The notes below the pieces were generated by a model. It saw only the letters and a program-made list of their open reading frames with translations. It ran no database searches and had not been told where the DNA came from. A program made the position numbers and the translations under genes. Source: an uncultured Mycoplasmatota bacterium (GTDB lineage Bacteria; Bacillota_I; Bacilli_A; RF39; UBA660). Taken from it: DNA of 64,000 nucleotides. The stretch is from positions 26,302 through 90,301 of the forward strand of contig CAMUZS010000002.1 in assembly GCA_947165285.1 (NCBI GenBank). Reading direction: 5' to 3'. Positions 18,396-28,516 of the stretch are shown in pieces (position 1 is the first letter of the stretch; every line of letters starts with the position of its first letter).

Positions 18396-21300
18396 ATCTG
18401 CAATACTTTTATATTCATCATATCTCTTCTTAGCATATTTAATATTTAATGACAATAATTCTTTAGCTAATTCTGGATTTTTTGTAACCAACGACTTATA
18501 TCTTATTTCATTCATTAAGAAATCCTTATACTTTGAAAAATCTGGTTCTCTAGAATCTATATATAATTTTTCATCAATAGGATTATATCTCATTAAAGTT
18601 ACATAGCCACATTCAACAGCTAATTTTTGTTCATTTGTCGATTCACACATTCCACCTTTTATACCTTGTTCAATACATGGAGAATAACATATAACTATAC
18701 TAGGTCCATTATGTTCTTCAGCTTCTTTAAACGTTTTAATTGTTTGAATAAAATTAGCACCAAGAGATACCATACCAACATAACAATTTGGATAATTCAT
18801 AGCAATTTTAAACAAATCTTTCTTAGGTGTTTTTTTACCTAAATTAGCAAATTCTGCTACTTGACCAAAGTGAGATGATTTAGACATTTGACCACCAGTA
18901 TTTGAATATACTTCAGTATCTAAAACAATAATATTAACATTTTCATTTGAAGACAATATATGATCTATTCCACCAAATCCAATATCATATGCCCAACCAT
19001 CTCCTCCAATAATAAAGACTGATCTAGAAGGCATATAATTTATTAGATCTTTCAATTCTTTTGGAATTTTTTTATTTTCTAATTCTTTTTTTACTTGATT
19101 TGTTATTTCATAATCATTAATATTATTTAAATACTTTTCATATAGTTTTTTTACATTTTTATCAACGCTATCAATAGAATTATTAATAATATTAATTATT
19201 CTTTCCCTCATTTTATTATATGATATTTTCATTCCATAACCAAATTCTGCATTATCTTCAAATAATGAATTAGCCCAAGGTATACTATATGGAGTAGAAG
19301 GAATAGAACCACCATATATTGAAGAACATCCAGTTGCATTAGCAATAACCATCTTATCTTGAAATAATTGAGTTAATAATTTTATATATGGAGTTTCTCC
19401 ACATCCAGCACATGCACCACTAAATTCAAATTTTGGTTTTTCTAATTGACTTCCTTTAATACTATATTTATCTAATAATTTAGGATTATCATAATTATTA
19501 AACATATCATTAACATAATCCTTATTACTTAAATCAATTTGACCAAAAGATAAAGCTTTTTTATTCTTCTTGCCAGGACAAATATTAATACATAATCCAC
19601 AACTTAAACAATCTTCTTCACTAACTAATACCTGATAATTATATTCATTATTACCTAACAACATAATCGAATTATCAGTTCCTTTTTCAACAATAAAAGG
19701 CCTAATAGCAGCATGAGGACATACAATTGAACACATACCACATTCTATACAATTATCTTTATCCCATTTAACAACACTATTTTGAACTGCTCTTTTATCG
19801 TTTTTAGAAAGATTATTTAAAAATTTACCATTTTTATGTTCCAATAAATCACTTACTTTTAAGTCATATCCTTTACGATGTTTAATCATATTATAAAGTC
19901 CATTAATCTCTTCTTTATTTGTATTAGTCATTGGAATATCACTATTTAACATTTTAATAGAATCTAATGAAGATTTAATAGCATTAATATTAGAATTAAT
20001 TATATCAATTCCCTTATTCTTAAATTGATTTTTAATGTTTTCAGATAATGTATTATAAGCATCATTATATTCCAATAGTTTTAAAATAATGATTTCTATT
20101 ATTTTACTTATTTTTCCTTTTATATTATTTTCATTAGCTATTTTATCAGCATCAATTAATAACACTCTTAATTTTTTTTCATTTATTATTTTTTTTACTT
20201 CATCTGGTAAAAAATTAATTAATTCATTTGAAGACTTATTAGTATTAATTAAAACTGTAGCATTCTCTTTTAAATTATCAAATAAATCAAAAGTATTAAC
20301 GTAATTATCTTTTGTTATTACTAATAAATTAGGACTAGTTACATAAAATGGATAATTAATACTATTTTCAGATATTCTTAAATGTGAAATAGTTACTCCA
20401 CCAGATTTTTTACTATCATATTCAAAATAACCCTGGACAAAATTACTAGTATTATAACCTAATATTTTCATTATATCTTTAGAGGCGCTAACCATACCGT
20501 CACTTCCAAAGCCATAAATCAATACCTCTTTTAAATCTAAAGAAAAATTATAATCTATTTTATCTATACTTAAATTTGTAACATCATCATTAATACCTAT
20601 AGTAAAATTATTTTTTAAATTTGTTTCCAACATATTATAAACCGCTAATATATCATTTGGAGTAGTATTTTTTGAAGATAATCCATATCTTCCACCGACA
20701 ATATTAATATTTGAATCTTTTAAAGCAGCTAAGACATCTAAGTATAATGGTTCTCCAATACTACCAGCTTCTTTAGTTCTATCTAATACTGCAATAGAAT
20801 TAACACTACTAGGAATAACATCTAATAAATGTCTTTGACTAAATGGTCTATATAAATGAACTTCAACTAATCCATATTTTTTTCCATCATTATTTAATTT
20901 ATCAATTACTAATTTAATTGTGTCACAAACACTACCCATAGCAACAATTACATGCTTAGCATCCTCTGCTCCATAATAATTAAATGGCTTATAATTAGTA
21001 CCCATCATATCATTAATTTTATTCATATAATTACATACAGTTTCAATAGTATTTTCATAATCTTTATTTCTAGCTTCAACACTTTGAAAATAAATGTCCT
21101 CATTTTCTGCTAAACCCATTTGAAAATTAGATGAAACATTTAATGATTCATTTTTAAAACTATTAATAGCATCAAAATCAACTATTTTTAATAACTCATT
21201 TTCATCAATAGATTCTATTGTATTTATTTCATGAGATGTTCTAAAACCATCAAAAAAATGCAAAAAAGGAACTCTAGATTTAATTGCGCTTAAATGAGCT

Positions 21301-21758
21301 ACTGCAGCTAAATTTTGGGCATCAAAAACATTAGTTGAAGCAAGCATTGCAAACCCAGTTTGTCTTGTAGCATAAATATCACTGTGATCACCAAAAATAG
21401 ATAAAGCATGAGTAGCTATAGTACGTGATGCAACATGAATTACACCAGGAAGACCCTCACCAGCCATTTTATACATATTTGGTATCATTAATAAAAGTCC
21501 TTGTGAAGCAGTAAATGTTGTAGCTAATGATCCACTAATCAAAGCACCATGCATTGCACCTGCAGCCCCTGCTTCACTTTGCATCTCAACTAAAGAAACT
21601 TTTTCATTAAATATGTTTTTCTTTTCATTAACATTTGATAATTTATCAATTTCACTAGCCATTGGAGATGAAGGTGTAATTGGATATATTGAAGCTATTT
21701 CACTAAAAAGATATGCTATATCAGCACAAGCAGTATTACCATCAACTATTTTTTTCAT
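18390..21758 (-). CDS. nifJ: Pyruvate:ferredoxin (flavodoxin) oxidoreductase
   Basis: 1122 aa. N-terminal pyruvate-Fd OR domain; two 4Fe-4S ferredoxin motifs (CIECGMCSIVCPHAAIRP; CLSCGLCINICPG); TPP-binding region GGDGWAYDIGFGG. Confidence 0.95.
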   Translation of the reverse strand: MKKIVDGNTACADIAYLFSEIASIYPITPSSPMASEIDKLSNVNEKKNIFNEKVSLVEMQSEAGAAGAMHGALISGSLATTFTASQGLLLMIPNMYKMAGEGLPGVIHVASRTIATHALSIFGDHSDIYATRQTGFAMLASTNVFDAQNLAAVAHLSAIKSRVPFLHFFDGFRTSHEINTIESIDENELLKIVDFDAINSFKNESLNVSSNFQMGLAENEDIYFQSVEARNKDYENTIETVCNYMNKINDMMGTNYKPFNYYGAEDAKHVIVAMGSVCDTIKLVIDKLNNDGKKYGLVEVHLYRPFSQRHLLDVIPSSVNSIAVLDRTKEAGSIGEPLYLDVLAALKDSNINIVGGRYGLSSKNTTPNDILAVYNMLETNLKNNFTIGINDDVTNLSIDKIDYNFSLDLKEVLIYGFGSDGMVSASKDIMKILGYNTSNFVQGYFEYDSKKSGGVTISHLRISENSINYPFYVTSPNLLVITKDNYVNTFDLFDNLKENATVLINTNKSSNELINFLPDEVKKIINEKKLRVLLIDADKIANENNIKGKISKIIEIIILKLLEYNDAYNTLSENIKNQFKNKGIDIINSNINAIKSSLDSIKMLNSDIPMTNTNKEEINGLYNMIKHRKGYDLKVSDLLEHKNGKFLNNLSKNDKRAVQNSVVKWDKDNCIECGMCSIVCPHAAIRPFIVEKGTDNSIMLLGNNEYNYQVLVSEEDCLSCGLCINICPGKKNKKALSFGQIDLSNKDYVNDMFNNYDNPKLLDKYSIKGSQLEKPKFEFSGACAGCGETPYIKLLTQLFQDKMVIANATGCSSIYGGSIPSTPYSIPWANSLFEDNAEFGYGMKISYNKMRERIINIINNSIDSVDKNVKKLYEKYLNNINDYEITNQVKKELENKKIPKELKDLINYMPSRSVFIIGGDGWAYDIGFGGIDHILSSNENVNIIVLDTEVYSNTGGQMSKSSHFGQVAEFANLGKKTPKKDLFKIAMNYPNCYVGMVSLGANFIQTIKTFKEAEEHNGPSIVICYSPCIEQGIKGGMCESTNEQKLAVECGYVTLMRYNPIDEKLYIDSREPDFSKYKDFLMNEIRYKSLVTKNPELAKELLSLNIKYAKKRYDEYKSIADK

Positions 21759-21819
21759 TTATACTCACACTCTCTTATTACAATTATATATCTTTTCATA
21801 AAAAATAAAAAGTAACTTT

Positions 21820-22971
21820 TTACTTTTTATTTTTTTTCTTCTTCCTATTTTTAGATTTTTCATTCATTATCTCATGTTGTTTTTTAACTAATTCTTTTTG
21901 CTCTAATTCTTCCTTTATAATTGTACTTTTATGTTTAAATAAAATGTCTGTTTTCATTACAATTAATAGTAAAAATATCATTAATATTACATATATTATT
22001 ATAGCTTGTTTTTGATCACCTATTGCAAAAAATACAGAAACAGCACTAAATAAAATAGTAATAAAATATATTATTAAAATAGTATTTTTTTGAGAAAATT
22101 TCATTTTTAAAAATTGATGATGTAAATGTTCTTTATCAGGATTTGTAAATGGATTTTGATGTTTTAATAATCTTCGAATAATCGCAGATGCTGTATCAAA
22201 TATAGGTATGGCCAAAATTGAAATAGGTACAACAATTGATGTTAATGTAGTAGCTTTGTAACCTAATAAACCAATTACACTAATAATAAATCCTAAAAAA
22301 TAACTACCTGTGTCTCCCAAAAATATTGATGCAGGTGGAAAGTTATGTACTAAAAATCCTAACGTTGCTCCAGCCATAATTAATGATAATATAACATCAA
22401 GGCCACCTCTTTGATTTAATATAAAAGCAATAATTGCAATAGTAATAAAATATATTGAAGATATACCTGAAGCCAATCCATCAAGGCCATCAATTAAATT
22501 TATTACATTCATTACAGCAACAATAAATAATATAGTTATTATCTGACTCCAAGGAGCACTAAAGTATAAATTTAAACCAAATATAGTAATCTCATTTAAC
22601 ATTAAATTACCATATATACATACAGTAGCTGCAGCAATAACTTGAACTAAAAACTTATATTTTGCCTTTACTGGATTAATATCATCAATAATACCACATA
22701 AAACTATTAAAAAACTTCCGATAAGCACTGAAAGCATCATCGTAGACTCTCTTGCATAAAGCATATAACCTAACATAAATGATAAAAATATTGCAAGGCC
22801 ACCTAATCTAGCAATTGGCTTTTTATGTATTTTTCTTTCATTAGGCATATCAATGGCGTTAATATGAATAGCCACTTTTCTTATAATTGGTGTAATAATG
22901 ATACTAGTTAAAAACGTAACCAATAATACAACATATATATTATGACCATTTACTGTTATATCCATAAACAT
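21820..22971 (-). CDS. Polyprenyl-phosphate N-acetylhexosamine-1-phosphate transferase (TagO/WecA/MraY family) with Lys-rich C-terminal tail
   Basis: Multi-TM protein with PNERKIHKKPIARLGGLAIFLSF and other MraY/WecA-like loops. The C-terminus ends ...NEKSKNRKKKKNKK. Confidence 0.8.
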   Translation of the reverse strand: MFMDITVNGHNIYVVLLVTFLTSIIITPIIRKVAIHINAIDMPNERKIHKKPIARLGGLAIFLSFMLGYMLYARESTMMLSVLIGSFLIVLCGIIDDINPVKAKYKFLVQVIAAATVCIYGNLMLNEITIFGLNLYFSAPWSQIITILFIVAVMNVINLIDGLDGLASGISSIYFITIAIIAFILNQRGGLDVILSLIMAGATLGFLVHNFPPASIFLGDTGSYFLGFIISVIGLLGYKATTLTSIVVPISILAIPIFDTASAIIRRLLKHQNPFTNPDKEHLHHQFLKMKFSQKNTILIIYFITILFSAVSVFFAIGDQKQAIIIYVILMIFLLLIVMKTDILFKHKSTIIKEELEQKELVKKQHEIMNEKSKNRKKKKNKK

Positions 22972-23003
22972 ACTCCATTCTTTAATTATTATACATTAAA
23001 TAA

Positions 23004-24725
23004 TTATTTTTTTAAACTATTTATTTTTTTATAAAATTTATTATTCTTAAGTAAATTATTATGATCTCCATCTCCTATTATTTTACCTTTTTTTAAAATA
23101 ATAATTCTATCACTATTTTTTATACATTCTATATCATGAGTAATCATAATTATTGTATACTTTCCTTTTAATTTATCAATTAATTCATTAATTGATTTAA
23201 TAGCATCTCTATCTAAATTATTAGTTATCTCATCAAAAAGTAATATTTTGGCATTTGTTAATAATACTCTTGCAATCGCTAATCGCTGTTTTTCACCACC
23301 ACTAAAATTAGTTGCATCATCATTTAAGATAGAATCATACTTTTTTTCTAAACTATTTATTTTTTTATCTAAACCAACAATTTTACATACTCTTTTAATA
23401 TTTCCAAAATTGTTATCAATTAATTCTAAATTCTCTTTTATTGATAAATTAAATAAAAATGGTTGTTGAGTAACTAATGCTATATTATTTCTTATACTTT
23501 CTTCATCAAGTTCATTAATATCATAATTATCAAGAAAAATTTTTCCACTATTTAAAGAATACATTTTAGTTATTAAAGAAAATAATGTAGATTTACCTGA
23601 TCCATTATCACCTATTATTGTATTAAAAGAATTCTTATTTATTATTAAATTAAAATTACTTATTATTTCATTATTATTATCATATGAAAAACTTACATTC
23701 TTAAACTCAATATTACCTTCTAGTTTCCCAATTTTTTTCTTACCAAAAGATTCCCTATCATAATCTAATATAGAAATAATTCTATTAAATGATAAATCAA
23801 ATTGGCCAAAATTATTAACTAATGTAGATAATCTTGTAGTAAAATTAAACACTTTTCCTCTATTCATTAAAATAAGTATAAAAGTCGAAGTTGTAAGTAA
23901 TTCATTTTTAATTAACAACATAGATAATAATATCATACCACCTAAAAATATAGATTCTAAAAAGTTAGTTATTTTAGAATAGTAATCTAAATAATAATTA
24001 CTTTTATATTCAAGTTCACTAATATTTTCAAAAGAATCATTAGTCTTTTCTTTAAAATTATCTTTTAAATTAAGTGTTTTTATATCCTTAACACCTCTAT
24101 ATATTTGACTTAACAAATTAGAATTATCATCTAATTTTTTTAAATTAATATTTTTATAATACAAACTTTTCTTTATTCCATAATATCTTATTAAAAAAGT
24201 AATAACACAACATATAAAAAAATATAGACCAATAATAGGATTTAAAAAAAGTATAACTATTAATGTACCAAAACTAGAAAAAATAGATAAAAAACTATCT
24301 TTTATTACCGTAAAATAATTAGATATTCTAGATGTATCAGATTGTATCTTATTTAAAAAATTACCCTGACCATAAATATGAAATACATTAATACTTAAAT
24401 TAAGTGTTATGTTACAAACATATTTTCGTATATTAAGCACCATTTTTTTTCTAAGCTTTAAAAATATCTTTGTAGATAATAAATTACATATTACATTTAC
24501 TACCTTTACTAATGCAGATATTATAAGAAATACAATTACTAAATTAAATTCTTTATTTAGAATATTGTTTATCATAATACCACTTATAGTTGGTAAAAAT
24601 ACAGATAAAATAGTAGCAATAAAAGACAATATTAAAAAAATTATAATTTCTTTTTTACAATTATTTAAAAAAAACTTAAATCTTTTAAAATTACTAATAT
24701 ATTTCTTCATGCTAATACCTTCCAA
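23004..24725 (-). CDS. ABC exporter, fused permease-ATPase (MsbA-type half transporter)
   Basis: Six N-terminal TM helices; Walker A IIGDNGSGKSTL; signature FSGGEKQRLAIARVLL; Walker B ILLFDEITNNLD. Confidence 0.85.
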   Translation of the reverse strand: MEGISMKKYISNFKRFKFFLNNCKKEIIIFLILSFIATILSVFLPTISGIMINNILNKEFNLVIVFLIISALVKVVNVICNLLSTKIFLKLRKKMVLNIRKYVCNITLNLSINVFHIYGQGNFLNKIQSDTSRISNYFTVIKDSFLSIFSSFGTLIVILFLNPIIGLYFFICCVITFLIRYYGIKKSLYYKNINLKKLDDNSNLLSQIYRGVKDIKTLNLKDNFKEKTNDSFENISELEYKSNYYLDYYSKITNFLESIFLGGMILLSMLLIKNELLTTSTFILILMNRGKVFNFTTRLSTLVNNFGQFDLSFNRIISILDYDRESFGKKKIGKLEGNIEFKNVSFSYDNNNEIISNFNLIINKNSFNTIIGDNGSGKSTLFSLITKMYSLNSGKIFLDNYDINELDEESIRNNIALVTQQPFLFNLSIKENLELIDNNFGNIKRVCKIVGLDKKINSLEKKYDSILNDDATNFSGGEKQRLAIARVLLTNAKILLFDEITNNLDRDAIKSINELIDKLKGKYTIIMITHDIECIKNSDRIIILKKGKIIGDGDHNNLLKNNKFYKKINSLKK

Positions 24726-24751
24726 TAAAAATATTATACTAAAAATCTAAT

Positions 24752-26353
24752 TTATTTAAAAGATTTTATATTATGAAAATACCATAGTTGAAAAATATAA
24801 TAATTCCATAATACAATTGCTCTTGAATAAACAGGATATTTTTCATAATAATTAATTAGTTTTATTAATTCATCATATTTAAATATTTTTTGTTCATCTA
24901 TATAATCTTTTTTAGTTATCTTTTTTATATCATCTAATAAAAAATCTTTCATCCATTTTTTTATTGGTATACCAAAACCATTTTTTTTATAATTATCAAA
25001 ATATTTTTTATCTATATTATTATATAAAACTTTACTAAAAATATATTTATTATCTCTATTATTATCTATTAAGTCATTATTATATTCCATAAATTTATAT
25101 AATAAATCTACATCATAAAATGGAGTATAATAATTCATTTTTAGATTTTTTAATATATGAATATTTTTGTTTTTAACTTTTTCAGAACCAATATGACCAT
25201 ACAACTCTAAATTAGATACTTCATATGAATATTTTTTATTTAACTTTATTACTTTTCCTTTATAACCCACTAAGTTATCAGAATAAGCAAAACGTCTTAT
25301 TATTGGAACTTGTAAACGTTCACTATAATTTTTAGGAATTCTTATTTTATGAGTATATTTATATAATAATTCTTTATAATATTTAATATTATTAAAACTA
25401 TTATTTATCTTAAATAAATCAAATAATCCATCTACACCTTCACCTGCTAAATAAAAATCATTTTTTTCTTTAATATTTTCCATCATGTAAATACTTGGAA
25501 TAATTGATGGATCTGCAAAAGGTTCATCATAAATTAATGGAATCTTATTAATTATTTTTTTTACATCTTTTGTTTTTAATATAATACTATGATGATTAGT
25601 TCCAATATAATTTGCTATTATTTTTGCATTTTCACTTTCATCTATTTCATCTTCGAAACCTAAAGTATAAGTATTAATTTTATTTTTATAATACTTTGAT
25701 GCAAGTAAACAAAGTAATGTTGAATCTTTACCACTACTTAAAAATATTCCTACCTTAGAATTTTTACTTCCATATTTACAAATACAATTAAATAATAAAT
25801 CTTCTAAATTATTAATATTTTGTTCTTCACTTAACTTATTCTTCTTAATATCTTTAGCTTCTTCACAAATATCAAAATATTTAATTATTTTTATATCATC
25901 ATCATATTTTAATATACTACCTTTATTTAATTTATAAGTATCTAAATAAATTGTATCACTTTCATATATATATGAATATCCTAGATAATTTGCAATAGAT
26001 TGTTTATTAATTTTTAGATTTAAACTACAATTATTTTTAATTAATGATAATTTATTAGAAAAAAACAAAATACCATCTTTATGATAATAATATAATGGTA
26101 AATTACCTAATTTATCTTTAATAATAAATAATTTATTATTATCAACAATAAAAACATTATAATTACCATCAAGATAATTAACAAAATCAAGTGATTTTTC
26201 TTTATATAATTTCTCAATATACTTAATATCACTTAACTTAGTATTATTTATGATATAACCATCAATAAAAATAAAAAGATTATCTAATTTTTGTACAACA
26301 TTATCTATTTTAATTGAAATCTTATTATTTATTATACTTCCTTCAATTTTCAT
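24752..26353 (-). CDS. Second AsnB-family amidotransferase paralogue lacking the N-terminal Cys
   Basis: PP-loop IFLSSGKDSTLLCLLAS and the AsnB-like synthetase domain. The N-terminus is MKIEGSII... with no Cys2. It overlaps the upstream GT4 gene by 11 nt. Confidence 0.7.
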   Translation of the reverse strand: MKIEGSIINNKISIKIDNVVQKLDNLFIFIDGYIINNTKLSDIKYIEKLYKEKSLDFVNYLDGNYNVFIVDNNKLFIIKDKLGNLPLYYYHKDGILFFSNKLSLIKNNCSLNLKINKQSIANYLGYSYIYESDTIYLDTYKLNKGSILKYDDDIKIIKYFDICEEAKDIKKNKLSEEQNINNLEDLLFNCICKYGSKNSKVGIFLSSGKDSTLLCLLASKYYKNKINTYTLGFEDEIDESENAKIIANYIGTNHHSIILKTKDVKKIINKIPLIYDEPFADPSIIPSIYMMENIKEKNDFYLAGEGVDGLFDLFKINNSFNNIKYYKELLYKYTHKIRIPKNYSERLQVPIIRRFAYSDNLVGYKGKVIKLNKKYSYEVSNLELYGHIGSEKVKNKNIHILKNLKMNYYTPFYDVDLLYKFMEYNNDLIDNNRDNKYIFSKVLYNNIDKKYFDNYKKNGFGIPIKKWMKDFLLDDIKKITKKDYIDEQKIFKYDELIKLINYYEKYPVYSRAIVLWNYYIFQLWYFHNIKSFK

Positions 26354-27536
26354 CTAGTACCCTTTCCCATTTTTTTAATATTTTTTCTTTACTAAAATCA
26401 CTAACTCTATTTATTGATTTCTTTTTATAATTATCATATAACTTTTTATTATTTAATAATTCTAATATTGCATCTTTTAATATTATTTCTTCCTTAGTTA
26501 ATTTATAATTAGCTTTATATTTTTTATAATCACATATTGGAACTAATACTCCATATTCTTCAAAAGAAATATTATTAACAAAATTATCATTATCTTTTCT
26601 TATAGATAAAATTTCTTTAGTTCCACCATAACTATCACTAGCAATAATTGGAAGAGAACAAGCAAGAGATTCTAACAATACATTTGGCATTCCTTCATAA
26701 AAAGAATTTAAAACAAATAATTTAGAATTATACATATACTTATATATATTTTCTTTAAAATCAAAAATAAAAACTTTATCATTTAAATTATAATCATTAA
26801 CTAATTTTTTATAATACTCTTTTAATGGTCCCCTTCCAATTAATACTAATTTTATATTGTTATCATATTTTACAATTTCATTAAAAACCCTAATTAAATG
26901 CCATTGACCTTTTTGTTCATTATATCTTCCAACAGATAATATAACATCATTTTTAAAAATATTCATTTCTTCCCTAGATAGTTTTTCTTTTTTTAATTTA
27001 TTAATATTTTCAATATCTAAATAGTTTTCTATAACGACACTATTATTTTTATCCAATTTATATCTTTTAATTTGATCTTCTTCAACACTTTTTGAAACAT
27101 TAATAACTTTATCAACTCTCTTAATATATTTTTTATATAGTTTTATAAATATTTTAAAAATTATAGATTTTGGTAAAAAATGTTTATTAATTCCCATGTA
27201 ATTTCTAGTTGAAAAATATATCTTATCACCAGCTTTGCTTAAATAATTAAATACGCAATATTTCATTATAAAACTAATAGAAATATCAATATTTAATTCT
27301 TTTTTTATTCTTTTTAATTTAGAAATTCCTTTAAACATTACTCTACTTATTCTAAGTTCTTCTATTTCAATAATATTAACATCTGGTATATAGTCGGCAT
27401 TATCTAACGTTCTAACAACTAAAGTAATGTTATATTTATTTTTTAAACTATTGCATAAATTATATATTACTTTTTCAGCTCCACCTGATGTCATATTTCC
27501 AATTAAAAACAATATATTTTTCTTCATGAGAATCAC
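26343..27536 (-). CDS. Glycosyltransferase family 4
   Basis: IGNMTSGGAEKVIYNL N-terminal motif and EGMPNVLLESLACSLPIIAS C-terminal motif. Confidence 0.8.
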   Translation of the reverse strand: MILMKKNILFLIGNMTSGGAEKVIYNLCNSLKNKYNITLVVRTLDNADYIPDVNIIEIEELRISRVMFKGISKLKRIKKELNIDISISFIMKYCVFNYLSKAGDKIYFSTRNYMGINKHFLPKSIIFKIFIKLYKKYIKRVDKVINVSKSVEEDQIKRYKLDKNNSVVIENYLDIENINKLKKEKLSREEMNIFKNDVILSVGRYNEQKGQWHLIRVFNEIVKYDNNIKLVLIGRGPLKEYYKKLVNDYNLNDKVFIFDFKENIYKYMYNSKLFVLNSFYEGMPNVLLESLACSLPIIASDSYGGTKEILSIRKDNDNFVNNISFEEYGVLVPICDYKKYKANYKLTKEEIILKDAILELLNNKKLYDNYKKKSINRVSDFSKEKILKKWERVLDEN

Positions 27537-27550
27537 CTTATCTAATTATA

Positions 27551-28516
27551 CTATTTCTTTTCAATTACTTTATATAATGTTGAACAATTACAACTCTTTG
27601 CATTACAAATAAATTTCTTTGTAATCTTACAAATATTATCATTTAAAATATTACCTAATTTTGTATTTATATTTTCATTACATCTATAAACATCTCCAAT
27701 ATTACTAATTGCTATAGAATTTATTCCAGCATCACAAATAAAACCAGAAGGATTAAAATTATGGGTCTTATTTATAGACATTGAAAATATATTTGTTTTA
27801 GAAAAATAATGTGCTTTACCATCTTTAGTTACTACCATAATTCTATTACTAGGATTTTTATTTAACTCATTTTTTACTTTATCACTTATACTTTTTTTAT
27901 AATTTCTTATAGGTACAAATTCAACTTTAAAGTTTTTAGAATACTTGTTTTTAAAATCCAAATATAAATCATAATCAATATCTTCAATTAATGGTATATT
28001 AATAGTTGTTTTAATATTTTGTTTATTATTTAATATTTTAACTTTATTTATAAACTCTTTCTCATTAGTATAAGCTTTATAATAACTGCAACTAAAATTT
28101 ATTTCTCTATTTTTTAATTTTTTAAACATTTTAACAAATTGTTTTAATATCTTTTTATCCGCAGACATATTAGTTGTAATATTAAATTTAATCAATCCAT
28201 CAAATTTACAATTAATTAATTTATTCATAATATTAAATATATCTTTTAAAATTGTTACTTCACCACCAATTAAGTAAAAATGTAATATATCATATTTTGA
28301 ATTTAAATTATTTTCTATATATAAAATTATCTTATCTAATATATTATTTCTTAAATCTAATGATTCATTTTTTGAATCTTTTATATGCTGTTCTTTATTA
28401 CCTTGAATACAAAAATCACAATTATAATTACATACTCTAGTAACATTCCATCTTATAACATACGTACCCTTTTTTATAATTTTATTTTCTATTCTAACTA
28501 TATCACTATTATTCAT
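27551..28516 (-). CDS. Radical SAM enzyme with C-terminal Cys-rich (SPASM/twitch-like) region, embedded between GT4 genes
   Basis: CNYNCDFCIQG is a CxxxCxxC motif about 30 aa from the N-terminus. The C-terminal third carries seven Cys (FICDAG...YRCNEN...NICKI...FICNAKSCNCS). Its start codon shares a nucleotide with the stop of the upstream GT4 gene. Confidence 0.65.
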   Translation of the reverse strand: MNNSDIVRIENKIIKKGTYVIRWNVTRVCNYNCDFCIQGNKEQHIKDSKNESLDLRNNILDKIILYIENNLNSKYDILHFYLIGGEVTILKDIFNIMNKLINCKFDGLIKFNITTNMSADKKILKQFVKMFKKLKNREINFSCSYYKAYTNEKEFINKVKILNNKQNIKTTINIPLIEDIDYDLYLDFKNKYSKNFKVEFVPIRNYKKSISDKVKNELNKNPSNRIMVVTKDGKAHYFSKTNIFSMSINKTHNFNPSGFICDAGINSIAISNIGDVYRCNENINTKLGNILNDNICKITKKFICNAKSCNCSTLYKVIEKK

